The position numbers and the translations under genes were made by a program. The notes below the pieces were generated by a model, which had not been told where the DNA came from, did not search any database, and was given only the letters and a program-made list of their open reading frames with translations. A DNA stretch of 64,000 nucleotides from an uncultured Candidatus Actinomarina sp. GTDB taxonomy: Bacteria; Actinomycetota; Acidimicrobiia; Actinomarinales; Actinomarinaceae. Where the stretch lies: assembly GCA_902510995.1 (NCBI GenBank), contig CABXDL010000001.1, positions 49,457-113,456 of the forward strand, written 5' to 3'. Of this stretch, positions 46,240 through 56,866 are shown one piece after another (position 1 is the first letter of the stretch; every line of letters starts with the position of its first letter).

Positions 46240-47923
46240 TAAGGCTTTAGACCAATTGGCAGAAGATTTCTTCCAAGAGTCTCTTGAATCATCACCAACA
46301 TCTGCAATTATGCGTGGCCATAAAAAATATTTTGATCAAATTGAAGAATTAACTGAAGAAAAATTTGAAAATGAGAATGAAAAAGTAAAAAGTTTTAAAC
46401 ATAGATTAAATGAGTTAGATTTTGATTCATTAACTAGTAAAGAAAGAGTTACTTATGGGATGCTTGAATTCGCTTTAGAATCAAATAGTGACTCACTGAT
46501 TGATAAAAGTTGGGAATTTTCTGCAGGTGTTGCTGGCTTTGAGGGGTTTTTGATTGACTACAATCAGCAAATGTTTGTGCCTGATAATGAGTCTGCAGAC
46601 ATGCTTTTAAGAAGATTAGAGCTCTATCAAAGATTTTATAGTCAGATTTCAAATGTTCAAAAAAAAGGGCTTGAGAACAATAGAGTTGCTACACAAAGAA
46701 ACCTGAACAGAAGCATTGATCAACTTGAAAGCTACTTAGAGACATCTTTAGATAATGATCCGTTACTTCTTGTTAATTTTGCTCCAACAGTATCTGAAAA
46801 AGAAATTTCAGAATGGAAAGAAAAAGCAAAGGGAGTAATAGAAAAATACGTTCGTCCAAGTGTAATGAGTTATTTAGACCAATTACGAACTGAACACTTA
46901 CCAAAGGGAAGAACTGATGAAAATCCTGGAATTATGTGGATTGATGGTGGAGAAGAGGTTTACTTAAGAAGTCTTAGGAAATATACCGGACATAGAGAAA
47001 CGACAGTAAAAGAAGTTCATGAGATTGGCTTATCAGAAGTTGAGAGACTAAAAAAAGAATTCCTTCAAATAGGAAAAGATGTTTTCGATGGTGTTAAAAG
47101 CCCTGAAGATGTAATTCATAAGATGCAAACCGAACCTTCTATGAGGTATGAGAGCAAGGAACAAATGCTTCAATTAGCAGAAGATACTATTGAGAGAGCA
47201 TATAAACCTCTTGAAGAATGGTTTACTGTATTCCCTAAAGCTCCCTGTAAGGTGTTACCAGTACCTACGCAATCAGAAAAACATGCACCCCCAGCTTATT
47301 ATTTTCCGCCATTGCCAGACGGGTCCAGAGATGGTACCTATTTTCTCAATACTTATAAAGCGGAAACAAAAAGTATATTCGAAGCTGAGAGTGTAGCTTT
47401 TCATGAAGCAATACCTGGCCATCATCTCGACAGAACAATTGCCGTTGAATTACAAGGTGTTCCCAACTTTCAAAGATATGTTGCTTCAACAGCATTTGTT
47501 GAAGGCTGGGGTCTTTACTCTGAACAATTAGCAAATGAGATGGGGCTCTATTCAAATGATGTTCAGCAGTTAGGGCGTCTTGGAAATGATGCATGGAGAG
47601 CGTGTCGTTTAGTACTTGATACAGGCATGCATGGCATGGGTTGGTCAAGAAATGAAGCTATTGATTTTTTTAGATCAAATTCTCCTATTGAAGAAATTAA
47701 TGCAAACATTGAGACTGATAGGTATATTGCATGGCCTGGTCAAGCTTGTGCTTATAAAATGGGACAATTAAAAATTGAAGAACTAAGAAGACAAGCTGAA
47801 AATGAGCTTGGTGATAAGTTTGATATCCGATATTTTCATGATGAAGTGTTATGTGATGGCGGAATAACCCTGTCTATTTTAGAAAACAAAATTAAAGCTT
47901 TTATTGAGAAACATAAAAGCTAA
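46232..47923 (+). CDS. DUF885-family protein
   Basis: HE..PGHH, EGWGLY.E, WRA.RLV.DTG.H, E.DRY..WPGQA..YK.G. Confidence 0.9.
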   Translation: MSNKALDQLAEDFFQESLESSPTSAIMRGHKKYFDQIEELTEEKFENENEKVKSFKHRLNELDFDSLTSKERVTYGMLEFALESNSDSLIDKSWEFSAGVAGFEGFLIDYNQQMFVPDNESADMLLRRLELYQRFYSQISNVQKKGLENNRVATQRNLNRSIDQLESYLETSLDNDPLLLVNFAPTVSEKEISEWKEKAKGVIEKYVRPSVMSYLDQLRTEHLPKGRTDENPGIMWIDGGEEVYLRSLRKYTGHRETTVKEVHEIGLSEVERLKKEFLQIGKDVFDGVKSPEDVIHKMQTEPSMRYESKEQMLQLAEDTIERAYKPLEEWFTVFPKAPCKVLPVPTQSEKHAPPAYYFPPLPDGSRDGTYFLNTYKAETKSIFEAESVAFHEAIPGHHLDRTIAVELQGVPNFQRYVASTAFVEGWGLYSEQLANEMGLYSNDVQQLGRLGNDAWRACRLVLDTGMHGMGWSRNEAIDFFRSNSPIEEINANIETDRYIAWPGQACAYKMGQLKIEELRRQAENELGDKFDIRYFHDEVLCDGGITLSILENKIKAFIEKHKS

Positions 47924-47949
47924 GTATTAATTTTAGTAAAATTAAGTTC

Positions 47950-48165
47950 ATGGACAGTGGAAATAGTATCGCATTCTTTAAAAAGTTTAGTATATGGAGA
48001 TTAATTTGGTCTGGGATATGGTTAAGAGTATTTGCTGCCATACTTGATGTAATATTTAGCTTAGGAATTAGAGAAATACCTAGTTTTAATTATTATATTT
48101 TTGCGTTAGCTTTAACGTACACTATTATCCGGATGTTTAATAAAAGCTACGAAGAAGAATATTAA
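47950..48165 (+). CDS. Small membrane hypothetical protein
   Basis: 71 aa, two hydrophobic segments, TAAAAT just upstream. Confidence 0.6.
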   Translation: MDSGNSIAFFKKFSIWRLIWSGIWLRVFAAILDVIFSLGIREIPSFNYYIFALALTYTIIRMFNKSYEEEY

Positions 48166-48551
48166 AGCTTTTTACGTAAATCCTTATTTGATTTTTTAAC
48201 AATTTCATTTTTGTAACTTTTATGAATTTCATTTTCCTTTTTAGCTCTAGCTGACTTTTCGCTACTAATTTCTTCTTGTAGGAAATCTATTTTCTCTTGC
48301 ATTTCTTCTATTTTGTCTCTCATCTCATAAATAATTTTTATTCCCTCTAATTTAATCCCCCTTTGTGAAAGACTTGCAATTTGTATTAATTTATCAACAT
48401 CTTCCTGAGAATATCTTCTGGTTCCACCTTTTGTTCTATAAGGCTTAATTAAGCCCTTTTCTTCATATGTTCTGATTGTTTGGGGGTGTATCCCAGATAA
48501 AGTAGATGCTACTGAAATGAAGTATAAAGAAATGGTTTTTTTATCATTCAT
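48162..48551 (-). CDS. hspR: Heat-shock repressor HspR (MerR family)
   Basis: Y.ISVA..L.G.HPQT.R.YE..GL..P.RT.GG.RRYS; last gene of dnaK operon. Confidence 0.9.
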   Translation of the reverse strand: MNDKKTISLYFISVASTLSGIHPQTIRTYEEKGLIKPYRTKGGTRRYSQEDVDKLIQIASLSQRGIKLEGIKIIYEMRDKIEEMQEKIDFLQEEISSEKSARAKKENEIHKSYKNEIVKKSNKDLRKKL

Positions 48552-49623
48552 ATAAGTATCCTCGATACTCTTCAGGGGTCCCTTCATATCCTTCATCTCT
48601 AAATTCTTCTAGCTTCTTCTTTCCAGTTCTTGATAGTTTTGACGGAGGCTTTATAGCTACTCTTATATACAAGTCTCCAGACCTTCTACCTTGAGGAGAG
48701 ATACCTTCTCCTTTTATTTTGAAGGATTTACCACTTGATGTACCTTGAGGTATTTTTAGACTAACTGTTTTTTTAAGTGTTGGAATTTTTATTGTAGCTC
48801 CGAGTGCAGCTTCAGAGAAAAGCAAAGGAACTTCTAATATTAAATCGCTACCATTTCGTTTAAAAAATTTATGTGGCTCTACTCCTACTTGAACTAATAA
48901 GTCACCATCTGGAGCGCCGGCATCTCCTGGACCTCCATAGCCTCTTAATCTAATTACAGTTCCATTATCAACACCAGCAGGTACCTTCACTTTTATAGTT
49001 TCGTTTTTTATTACAGACCCTTGTGCTCTACACGCTTTACATTCCTTATCTATTACATTCCCCTGACCCTTACAGGCTGAACAAGGTTGCGCAAAAGAAA
49101 AGAAACCTTGGTTAGATGCTGTTTGTCCGCTTCCGCTACAAATATTACATGTATGAAAGGCGTTACCATTTTCTGATCCATTACCTTTACAGTCTTCACA
49201 AACAACTTCTTTTCTAAGGGGGACATTAGTTTCTATCCCTGATGCAGCATCAGTAAATGAGATTGTAAGATTTGTTTGATATGTTTGACCCTTTCTTCTG
49301 CCAGCTCCTCCAAATCCGAATATATCACCAAAAATATCTCCAATATCTACATTGAAGCCTTGACCACCTGAAAATCCAGAGAATCCGGAAGCACCCATTG
49401 TTCTAACTTGATCATACTCTTGACGCTTTCCCTCATCAGACAAGATAGCACTAGCTTCTGATATTTCTTTGAATTTTTTCTCTGCCTCTGTATCTCCAGG
49501 GTTTAGATCAGGATGATTTTCTCTTGCTAATTTTTTGTAAGCTTTCTTAATGTCATCAGTACTTGCATCTATTGAAACACCAAGAATGGCATAAAAATCT
49601 TTTTCTAGCCAGTCTCTATTCAC
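48544..49623 (-). CDS. dnaJ: Chaperone DnaJ
   Basis: J domain with HPD, G/F region, four CxxC repeats. Confidence 0.96.
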   Translation of the reverse strand: MNRDWLEKDFYAILGVSIDASTDDIKKAYKKLARENHPDLNPGDTEAEKKFKEISEASAILSDEGKRQEYDQVRTMGASGFSGFSGGQGFNVDIGDIFGDIFGFGGAGRRKGQTYQTNLTISFTDAASGIETNVPLRKEVVCEDCKGNGSENGNAFHTCNICSGSGQTASNQGFFSFAQPCSACKGQGNVIDKECKACRAQGSVIKNETIKVKVPAGVDNGTVIRLRGYGGPGDAGAPDGDLLVQVGVEPHKFFKRNGSDLILEVPLLFSEAALGATIKIPTLKKTVSLKIPQGTSSGKSFKIKGEGISPQGRRSGDLYIRVAIKPPSKLSRTGKKKLEEFRDEGYEGTPEEYRGYLYE

Positions 49624-50107
49624 TTTGAACTTTAACCATTGCTGGCCTTATCAATCTATCTTCTAATTTGTAACCTTTTCGCAAAACCTCTTCAACTATT
49701 TGGTCGTCACCTTCACCCGAGTGTTCTATTGCTTCATGGTATGAGGGGTCAAATTCTTCCCCTACTCCTGGTACTTCAGTAATATTTAAATTTTCAAGAA
49801 AAGTTAGCACTAATTTATATAGTGCCTCAAGTTCTTTAGGAACTTCTTCTTGGCCCATTGCTATTTCAAAGTTATCTATAAGAGGGAAAAGTCCAGCCAA
49901 TATAATTGATAGTGACCCTACTAATTGATTTTCTTTATCTTTTTCGGTTCTTTTTTTAAAATTGTCAAAATCTGCAGCAAGTCTTAAGTAGTCATCTTTT
50001 ATTTTTTCATAATCTTCTAAAGGGATAGAGGGCGATTCTTCTTCTGTAGAATTATCTACATTTTTTTCATCATCTTTTTTCTTAGATGATGACTTTTTTT
50101 TACTCAT
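49616..50107 (-). CDS. grpE: Nucleotide exchange factor GrpE
   Basis: ADFDN.KKR, FDP..HEA, GY....R..RPA.V.V. Confidence 0.95.
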   Translation of the reverse strand: MSKKKSSSKKKDDEKNVDNSTEEESPSIPLEDYEKIKDDYLRLAADFDNFKKRTEKDKENQLVGSLSIILAGLFPLIDNFEIAMGQEEVPKELEALYKLVLTFLENLNITEVPGVGEEFDPSYHEAIEHSGEGDDQIVEEVLRKGYKLEDRLIRPAMVKVQSE

Positions 50108-51914
50108 CTTCTTCTACGACTTCACCATCAACAACATCATCATTAGTTTCTTCATTTTCAGAAACTTCATTACTTTGTTGAGCTTCAGCATAAAGTTTTT
50201 CTGCAAATGATTGACTAGCTTTTGTTAACTCCTCAATTGAATTCTTCATTTCATCAAGACTTGCTTCTTGACTCTCAAGTACTTTTGATAAGTTATCTTT
50301 ACTTTCATTGATAGCTTTAATTTCCTCATCAGTAGCTTTATCTTTATTCTCTTCAAGCATTTTTTCTGTAGATGTAACCATGCTTTCAGCTAAGTTTCTT
50401 GTCTCAACAAGCTCTTTCTTTTTAGCATCTTCATTTGCATGCTCCTCAGCATCCTTAACCATTCTCTCTATTTCATCTTCTTCGAGAGCAGTACCACCAG
50501 TTATTGTTATAGCTTGTTCCTTACCAGTACCAAGATCTTTTGCATTAACATTAACTATTCCGTTAGCATCAATATCAAAAGTAACTTCAATCTGGGGTGT
50601 TCCAGCTTTTGCTGAAGGGATATCAGTTAAATTAAATTTACCTAATGACTTATTACCAGAAGCCATTTCTCTTTCGCCTTGAAGTACATGAATTTCTACT
50701 TGAGTCTGTCCGTCGTCAGCCGTTGAAAACGTTTCAGATCTTTTTGTTGGTATTGTTGTATTTCTTTCAATCATTTTTGTCATAATTCCACCCTTTGTTT
50801 CAACACCAAGAGTTAAGGGAGTAACATCAAGAAGCAAGACATCTTTAACATCACCTTTTAGTACACCTGCTTGAATAGCAGCACCTGAAGCTACTACTTC
50901 GTCCGGATTAACACCTTTCGAGGGGTCTTTTCCAGTTATAGATTTTACCAGTGTTTGAACAGCAGGAATTCTAGTTGAACCACCAACTAAGACTATGTGT
51001 TCAATATCTGAAAAAGATAATCCAGCGTCTTTTACAGCTTTATTTACAGGGTCTTTTGTTCTATCTACAAGATCTGATGTAATTTTTTCAAATTCACTTC
51101 TTGATAACTTTTCTAACAAGTGCTGCGGTCCTGAATCGTTAGCTGTAATAAAAGGTAAGTTAATTTCAGTCTCAGTTGTTGAAGAAAGTTCTATTTTTGC
51201 TTTTTCAGCACCTTCTTTTATTCTCTGCATTGCCATTTTATCTTTTGAAATATCAATTCCTGTTGAAGACTTAAATTTTTCAACTAACCAGTCCATTACT
51301 CTTTCATCCCAGTCATCTCCACCTAGTTTTGAATCACCTGATGTTGACTTAACTTCAAAAACTCCTTCTGAAATCTCTAATACAGAAACATCAAACGTTC
51401 CTCCGCCTAAGTCATAGACCAAAATTTTTTGATCTTCATTATTTTCTAATCCATAGGCTAAAGCCGCCGCAGTAGGTTCATTAATAATTCTTAATACATT
51501 TAATCCTGCGATTTGCCCAGCTTCTTTAGTAGCTTGTCTTTCCGCATCGTTGAAATATGCTGGAACTGTTATTACAGCATCTGTAACATCTTCACCTATA
51601 TAGCTTTCAGCATCTCTTTTTAATTTTTGAAGAATCCTTGCAGAAACTTCTTGAGGTGTATATTCTTTATTTTCAAACTTTTCTTTCCAACTTGAGCCAA
51701 TTTTTCTTTTTATTGACCTTACAGTATTATCTGGATTTGTAATTGCTTGTCTTTTAGCTAATTCACCGACCAATACTTCTTCGCCTTTAAAAGCAACAAT
51801 AGAAGGAGTTGTTCTATTACCTTCTGCGTTAGCTATTACAGTCGGCTCTCCGCCTTCTAAAACAGCAACTACGCTATTCGTAGTGCCTAAATCAATACCT
51901 ACTGCTTTTCCCAT
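50100..51914 (-). CDS. dnaK: Chaperone DnaK
   Basis: [34 protein letters not shown]. Confidence 0.98.
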   Translation of the reverse strand: MGKAVGIDLGTTNSVVAVLEGGEPTVIANAEGNRTTPSIVAFKGEEVLVGELAKRQAITNPDNTVRSIKRKIGSSWKEKFENKEYTPQEVSARILQKLKRDAESYIGEDVTDAVITVPAYFNDAERQATKEAGQIAGLNVLRIINEPTAAALAYGLENNEDQKILVYDLGGGTFDVSVLEISEGVFEVKSTSGDSKLGGDDWDERVMDWLVEKFKSSTGIDISKDKMAMQRIKEGAEKAKIELSSTTETEINLPFITANDSGPQHLLEKLSRSEFEKITSDLVDRTKDPVNKAVKDAGLSFSDIEHIVLVGGSTRIPAVQTLVKSITGKDPSKGVNPDEVVASGAAIQAGVLKGDVKDVLLLDVTPLTLGVETKGGIMTKMIERNTTIPTKRSETFSTADDGQTQVEIHVLQGEREMASGNKSLGKFNLTDIPSAKAGTPQIEVTFDIDANGIVNVNAKDLGTGKEQAITITGGTALEEDEIERMVKDAEEHANEDAKKKELVETRNLAESMVTSTEKMLEENKDKATDEEIKAINESKDNLSKVLESQEASLDEMKNSIEELTKASQSFAEKLYAEAQQSNEVSENEETNDDVVDGEVVEEDE

Positions 51915-51947
51915 TGATGATTTCCTTTCCTAATAAAGTTTTTGAGA

Positions 51948-52139
51948 TTATTGTTCTCTTGGTAAATGCCCTCTAACCCTTGGATAAGAGACTGGAGAGT
52001 GAAGAAAACATAATTTCTTTTTGTTGTAAATGCTAATTACAGTCGCGCATCCGGAAAAATCACAGATACGACCTGATGTGTAGCTCTTAGATCTTCTGAC
52101 ACCAGGCTTCACTGAAGAAGCTGTTAATGTAGAACTCAT
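51948..52139 (-). CDS. Small basic C-x4-C-x12-C-x2-H protein, paralog B, directly upstream of dnaK
   Basis: AAAGGA SD; 33 nt from dnaK start; paralog of 29954..30148. Confidence 0.85.
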   Translation of the reverse strand: MSSTLTASSVKPGVRRSKSYTSGRICDFSGCATVISIYNKKKLCFLHSPVSYPRVRGHLPREQ

Positions 52140-52175
52140 AATAATTCCTTTCTTATCTAACTTTATTTAGTAATA

Positions 52176-52201
52176 AAATCTAAGTAAATATACTTAGATT
52201 T
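52176..52201. promoter_or_regulatory. HAIR-like inverted repeat (candidate HspR operator)
   Basis: AAATCTAAGTA-AATA-TACTTAGATTT with perfect 11-bp arms; core TCTAAGT-N6-ACTTAGA versus HAIR CTTGAGT-N7-ACTCAAG. Confidence 0.65.
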
Positions 52202-52301
52202 AATATAAATATACTATATTTCTGTTTTAATACAAACTTTTTTTATTTTTTACTAAAAAAAGCTATTCTTTCATTACTTTTAATGCTGATATTATTGAAT
52301 A

Positions 52302-53093
52302 ATGAATAATTTGGATATACACATAGTAGGTCTAGGAAACCTTGGTTCTGCACTTTTGCAGGGTTTAATTAATCTAGATAAAAACTTAACATTTCATCTT
52401 TATGAAAAAGAAACAAAAATTATTGATTTTATTAAAAAACAATTTGAGCTTGACCCAAAAACAGAGATTGATGTTATTGAAAATGGAGTTCTTGTTCTCT
52501 GTATTAAACCAAAGGATTTAAATCTTTTTATAAAGACAAATAAAGAAAAGATTTCAGAAGATGTATTAATTTGTACAGTATTAGCTGGTGTGAACACATC
52601 GTATATATCAAAATTTATTAATAATAAAATCATTCGTCTTATGCCGAATTTATCTATAAAAGATAACAATGGTTTTATTCCATATACAAAAAATTATGAG
52701 AAAGATTATTTATCATTTCTTGAAGTACTCAACGGTCTAGGATCTATATCTGAATACGACGAAGAATTATTTCATATAATTACATCAATATATGGAAGTG
52801 GCCCAGCTTGGTATCTAGAACTTTCTTCAAAGATTGTGGAGGCTGCTTTAGAATTAGGACTTTCTAAATCAGAATCAAACAAAATCGTAAAGGAACTTAT
52901 AAAATCTCTACCAGCATTAGTCAATGAAGAGGAGTTTAGTGATACTGTGGAGAAAATAAAATCACCCAAGGGTACAACAGAGGCAGGTATCAATTCGCTT
53001 AAGCATGATTCTTTTGATAAGATTATTTTCAACGCAATCAATTCTGCAACAGAAAGATCAATGGAGATATCAAAAGAAATTAACAATGAATAG
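52302..53093 (+). CDS. proC: Pyrroline-5-carboxylate reductase
   Basis: GLGNLG, IKP, R.MPN, GSGPA, SPKGTTEAG. Confidence 0.9.
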   Translation: MNNLDIHIVGLGNLGSALLQGLINLDKNLTFHLYEKETKIIDFIKKQFELDPKTEIDVIENGVLVLCIKPKDLNLFIKTNKEKISEDVLICTVLAGVNTSYISKFINNKIIRLMPNLSIKDNNGFIPYTKNYEKDYLSFLEVLNGLGSISEYDEELFHIITSIYGSGPAWYLELSSKIVEAALELGLSKSESNKIVKELIKSLPALVNEEEFSDTVEKIKSPKGTTEAGINSLKHDSFDKIIFNAINSATERSMEISKEINNE

Positions 53094-55245
53094 CCAGAAA
53101 AAAGATAGACAAGTAAATGATTATGTTTTGTTATTTTCAGCAGGGGCAGCACTTGGAACATTATTCTTATGGGGAGCAAGCTATATTTTCCCAGAAGGAG
53201 AAATAGTAGAAGGTAGAAGAGTATTTGAAAATATACCAAAGTATCTCCAATATTTGTTCTATTTACTTAGTGCTTCTTCAGTTTTCATCTGTGGTTATTT
53301 ATTCTCTTTAAGAGCTAAGAACTGGTCAAGAGGTACTGAAGAAAAGAGAAAAGTAAAGCTAAGTCAAAGAATTATAAATTTATTTGACGGACTTCTAATG
53401 AAGACATTACTTAGATTTAAAGCTGCTGGATTAATGCATTCAATGATTTATATTGGCTTTTTAGGATTGTTTGCTGGGACAATAACTCTCGAAATACATC
53501 ATTTAATGCCACCATCATTAAAATTCTTACAGGGCACTACTTATCTAGTTTATTCATTTGCATTAGAGCTCGCTTCCTTGGTCTACTTAGGAGGTATAGC
53601 TTGGGCTTTATACAGAAGAATTTTTGGTACAGAAGATAGGCTAAAAACTAAAACTAAGATGGATGATTATTTGACTCTCCTTCTTCTAGGATTTATGGGT
53701 CTGTCTGGTCTAACTACTGAAGCTGGAAGAATCATAGTGGAAGGCTTTCCTAATTATGAAAAATGGAGCTTTGTAGGTTATTTCATTGCAGAGTTATTAC
53801 CTATAGAAAGTGGTGTTATATTTCATAGAGTTTCTTGGATACTGCATGTAGCTTCATTCTTTGTGTTTTTAATTGTTCTTCCTCAGTCCAAGCTACGTCA
53901 TATTGTGACTTCACCTGTAAATATGTACCTGAGTCCAAATGAAAGACCAAAAGGAGCTATGAAAGATATAGGCAACCTTATGGAGCTAGAAGATATAGAC
54001 ACTGTAGGAGTTGAACTTATTGAAAATTTCACTTGGAAACAACTTGTAGATTTAGATGCTTGTACAGCTTGTGGTAGATGTACATCGGTTTGCCCTGCAA
54101 ATTTAACAGGTAAGCCATTAGATCCAAGAGAAATAATTCTTAAAGTAGGACAAGTAATGTCAGACACTGGCGATCCACCTGTACCTTCTACAGTAACTAC
54201 ACCGATTGATCTTAAAGTAAAAGCTTCGAGTGTATTTGAAAGAGTAACGCCAGAAGAGTTATGGGCTTGTACTTCATGTAAAGCTTGTGATGAAATTTGT
54301 CCTGTAAATATTGAAATATTGGACAAAATATTAGACATGAGAAGACACCTCGCATTAATGGCTTCGGATTTTCCAACTGAGCTAGGGAAGGCTTATGTTG
54401 CAATGGAGAATTCATCAAATCCTTGGGGTGCTTCACAGAATGACAGAATGAAATGGTCAGAAGATTTAGATTTCGATGTCGCCCTATTAGAAGAAAATAA
54501 CAAAGAAGAAGTAGAGTATCTTTACTGGATTGGATGTGCAGGAGCATTTGATGATAGAAATATTCCCGTTACTAAAGCAGTAGCAACTTTACTTAAAAGA
54601 GCAAATGTATCATATGCAGTTTTAGGTCCAAAGGAAATATGTACAGGTGATTCAGCAAGAAGAACAGGAAATGAGTTTGTATTTCAACAACTTGCAATTC
54701 AAAATATTGAAAACATGAACAATCTGAATGTTAAAAAAGTCATAACTCAGTGTCCTCATTGTTTCAATACTATTGCTAATGAATATCCTCAATTAGGTGG
54801 AAATTTTGAGGTAATTCACCATAGCCAATTATTAACGGAACTTGTGCAGTCTGGGAAAATAGAAGTTGGAAACGCTGAAAAGCCTTACTCAATTACATAT
54901 CATGATTCTTGCTATCTGGGTAGGCATAATGACATTTACACAGCACCAAGAGAAATAGTAGGATCTATCGGAGGCATAGAGATTAGAGAAATGAAACGCC
55001 AAGGAACCAAAAGCTTTTGTTGCGGTGCTGGTGGCGGAAGAATGTGGATGGAAGAGAATACGGGTAAGAAAGTTAATATAGAAAGATCTCAAGAAGCAAT
55101 AGACACAGGAGCAGATGAAGTTGCTGTAGCCTGTCCTTTTTGTTACATTATGATGGACGACGGAGTTAAAGAACTCGGTGAAGGAGATAACGTTAGAGTT
55201 CGTGACGTATCCTTAATTTTGTTAGACAACTTAAAGAAAGATTAA
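53086..55245 (+). CDS. Membrane Fe-S oxidoreductase (FadF/HdrD-like, two 4Fe-4S motifs and CCG domains)
   Basis: TM region with His, CTACGRC...CP, CTSCKAC...CP, HDSCYLGR, CCGAGG. Confidence 0.88.
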   Translation: MNSQKKDRQVNDYVLLFSAGAALGTLFLWGASYIFPEGEIVEGRRVFENIPKYLQYLFYLLSASSVFICGYLFSLRAKNWSRGTEEKRKVKLSQRIINLFDGLLMKTLLRFKAAGLMHSMIYIGFLGLFAGTITLEIHHLMPPSLKFLQGTTYLVYSFALELASLVYLGGIAWALYRRIFGTEDRLKTKTKMDDYLTLLLLGFMGLSGLTTEAGRIIVEGFPNYEKWSFVGYFIAELLPIESGVIFHRVSWILHVASFFVFLIVLPQSKLRHIVTSPVNMYLSPNERPKGAMKDIGNLMELEDIDTVGVELIENFTWKQLVDLDACTACGRCTSVCPANLTGKPLDPREIILKVGQVMSDTGDPPVPSTVTTPIDLKVKASSVFERVTPEELWACTSCKACDEICPVNIEILDKILDMRRHLALMASDFPTELGKAYVAMENSSNPWGASQNDRMKWSEDLDFDVALLEENNKEEVEYLYWIGCAGAFDDRNIPVTKAVATLLKRANVSYAVLGPKEICTGDSARRTGNEFVFQQLAIQNIENMNNLNVKKVITQCPHCFNTIANEYPQLGGNFEVIHHSQLLTELVQSGKIEVGNAEKPYSITYHDSCYLGRHNDIYTAPREIVGSIGGIEIREMKRQGTKSFCCGAGGGRMWMEENTGKKVNIERSQEAIDTGADEVAVACPFCYIMMDDGVKELGEGDNVRVRDVSLILLDNLKKD

Positions 55246-55559
55246 ATATTTTTACCTAAGAAGAATTTTTTTACATCGTTATTGGAAGTATTTATACAAT
55301 AGATTACATAAATTGCAGTCGTTAGGTTACCTAAAGTCATAAGAAAGAAGACCCAAAGTATTGAAGAATAGTTCCCTTCTCTATAGATCATCCAAATCGC
55401 AATTAGTATAAAACCGGAATATAAATCAACTAATGAAACTATACCCCAAGGCAATGAAGGTATTAGAGAATCAAATAAACTTGTTTGATTTTGCGCCCAC
55501 AGAATAACGCTCACCATTGCGAAAGAAATAAAATAAGATATTACTTTTGTTATAGTCAT
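55242..55559 (-). CDS. DUF1475-like small membrane protein
   Basis: PW....L.DLY.GF, W..YRE, LGN. Confidence 0.7.
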   Translation of the reverse strand: MTITKVISYFISFAMVSVILWAQNQTSLFDSLIPSLPWGIVSLVDLYSGFILIAIWMIYREGNYSSILWVFFLMTLGNLTTAIYVIYCINTSNNDVKKFFLGKNI

Positions 55560-55589
55560 ACAGTAGATTTTAAAGTAGAGAGTAGTTAT

Positions 55590-56207
55590 ATGCGAAACAA
55601 TAATATATTTTATAGAATTTTAAAACTGGACAAAAGCATTTACAATGAGCTCATTACCGATAGTTCATCTGTTCAGAGAGCAGTTGCAATATGGGCTGTA
55701 AGTTATTTAACAAGTGTTCTGGTCATATTTACATTGTTTAGGGATTTTGCTAATTTTTTAAAGAATAATCTATCTTTTTTAGCACCCCAACTTCCAGAGA
55801 ATTCATTACTTGAATTAAGAAATGTTATTTCTGCATTAGAGGTAACATTTAGTTCTGAAACTACTTTCACTGGACTGCTTACAACTTTAGGAACAGGTTT
55901 AGTTTCTTCACTTATTGGTATAAGTTTTATTTTTGTCCTCATTAAATATTTATTTAGAAAAGATCCAAATTTTATTCACATAGTTGTCATTTTTGGCTTC
56001 TCATCTGTAGTAGGTCTTTTAAACATTCCAATACTATTTATTAATTCATTTGGACTTAAGTTAACGATAGTCTTTTTTACAGGTATATATTCTTTAGTTT
56101 GCTTAGGGTCTGGGTTGAAACAGGTTTACTATTTAAGAAATTTTGAAATCATATTACTGGTTCTTGGGTCAAGTATTGCAAGCTCTTTTTTGTTAGAAGG
56201 TTTTTAA
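55590..56207 (+). CDS. Hypothetical multi-TM protein (Yip1-like)
   Basis: Likely ATG at 55590; about 5 hydrophobic segments; abuts next gene. Confidence 0.6.
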   Translation: MRNNNIFYRILKLDKSIYNELITDSSSVQRAVAIWAVSYLTSVLVIFTLFRDFANFLKNNLSFLAPQLPENSLLELRNVISALEVTFSSETTFTGLLTTLGTGLVSSLIGISFIFVLIKYLFRKDPNFIHIVVIFGFSSVVGLLNIPILFINSFGLKLTIVFFTGIYSLVCLGSGLKQVYYLRNFEIILLVLGSSIASSFLLEGF

Positions 56208-56804
56208 ATGATAGCTGGCGTAATTCTTGCTGCGGGAGATTCTTCAAGGATGGGTTTTCCAAAACAATTAGCAGAATATAAAGGAAAAACAATCCTTGAG
56301 ACAGTTGTCGATACTGTAACTTCTAAATTTGAAGAAGCAGTAGTAGTCCTAGGTCATGAGAATGACACAATTACAGAAAAACTAGATTTTAAAGACAGCA
56401 CAATCTTAATAAATGAAAATTGGGAGGAAGGAATAGTTTCATCTATTAGAACAGCATTATTTTATTTAAGTGAAAATAAAGAAATTGAAAGTGCAATGAT
56501 TTTTATGGCTGATCAACCATCTGTTAATAATAAAATTATTGATAAATTAATAAAAACGAAAAAAAAAGAAGACGAAGTAGTGATTTCAAAATACCGTTAT
56601 AAGATGAATTATCCAATTATTGTTCCAAGATTCTTCTGGAACAAGCTTGAGCTTCTTACTTATGATAATCTTCTTGGTGAAGACGACTCTTTATTCAAAA
56701 ATTTTGACTTGGTAGACTTTTTTGGTTCATCAGAGTATAAATCTAAGGTTGTAAATTTTAATTTTCTAGAACCAACAGATTATGACGAGCAGAAAGATTT
56801 TTGA
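56208..56804 (+). CDS. MocA/MobA-like nucleotidyltransferase
   Basis: ILAAG.SSRMG.PKQL, N..W.EG..SSI, DQP. Confidence 0.85.
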   Translation: MIAGVILAAGDSSRMGFPKQLAEYKGKTILETVVDTVTSKFEEAVVVLGHENDTITEKLDFKDSTILINENWEEGIVSSIRTALFYLSENKEIESAMIFMADQPSVNNKIIDKLIKTKKKEDEVVISKYRYKMNYPIIVPRFFWNKLELLTYDNLLGEDDSLFKNFDLVDFFGSSEYKSKVVNFNFLEPTDYDEQKDF

Positions 56805-56866
56805 GAGTGGGAAAATCTCATTAAAAAACTTTTTCACTTATAAATAATATTTTGTACAATTTAATA

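Noticed and set aside
50308..51417. Antisense ORFs opposite dnaK, and similar ones opposite serS, dnaX, the amino-acid binding protein, the Fe-S oxidoreductase and nadE
   Set aside because: They lie inside well-supported genes on the other strand or frame and show no recognisable motifs.
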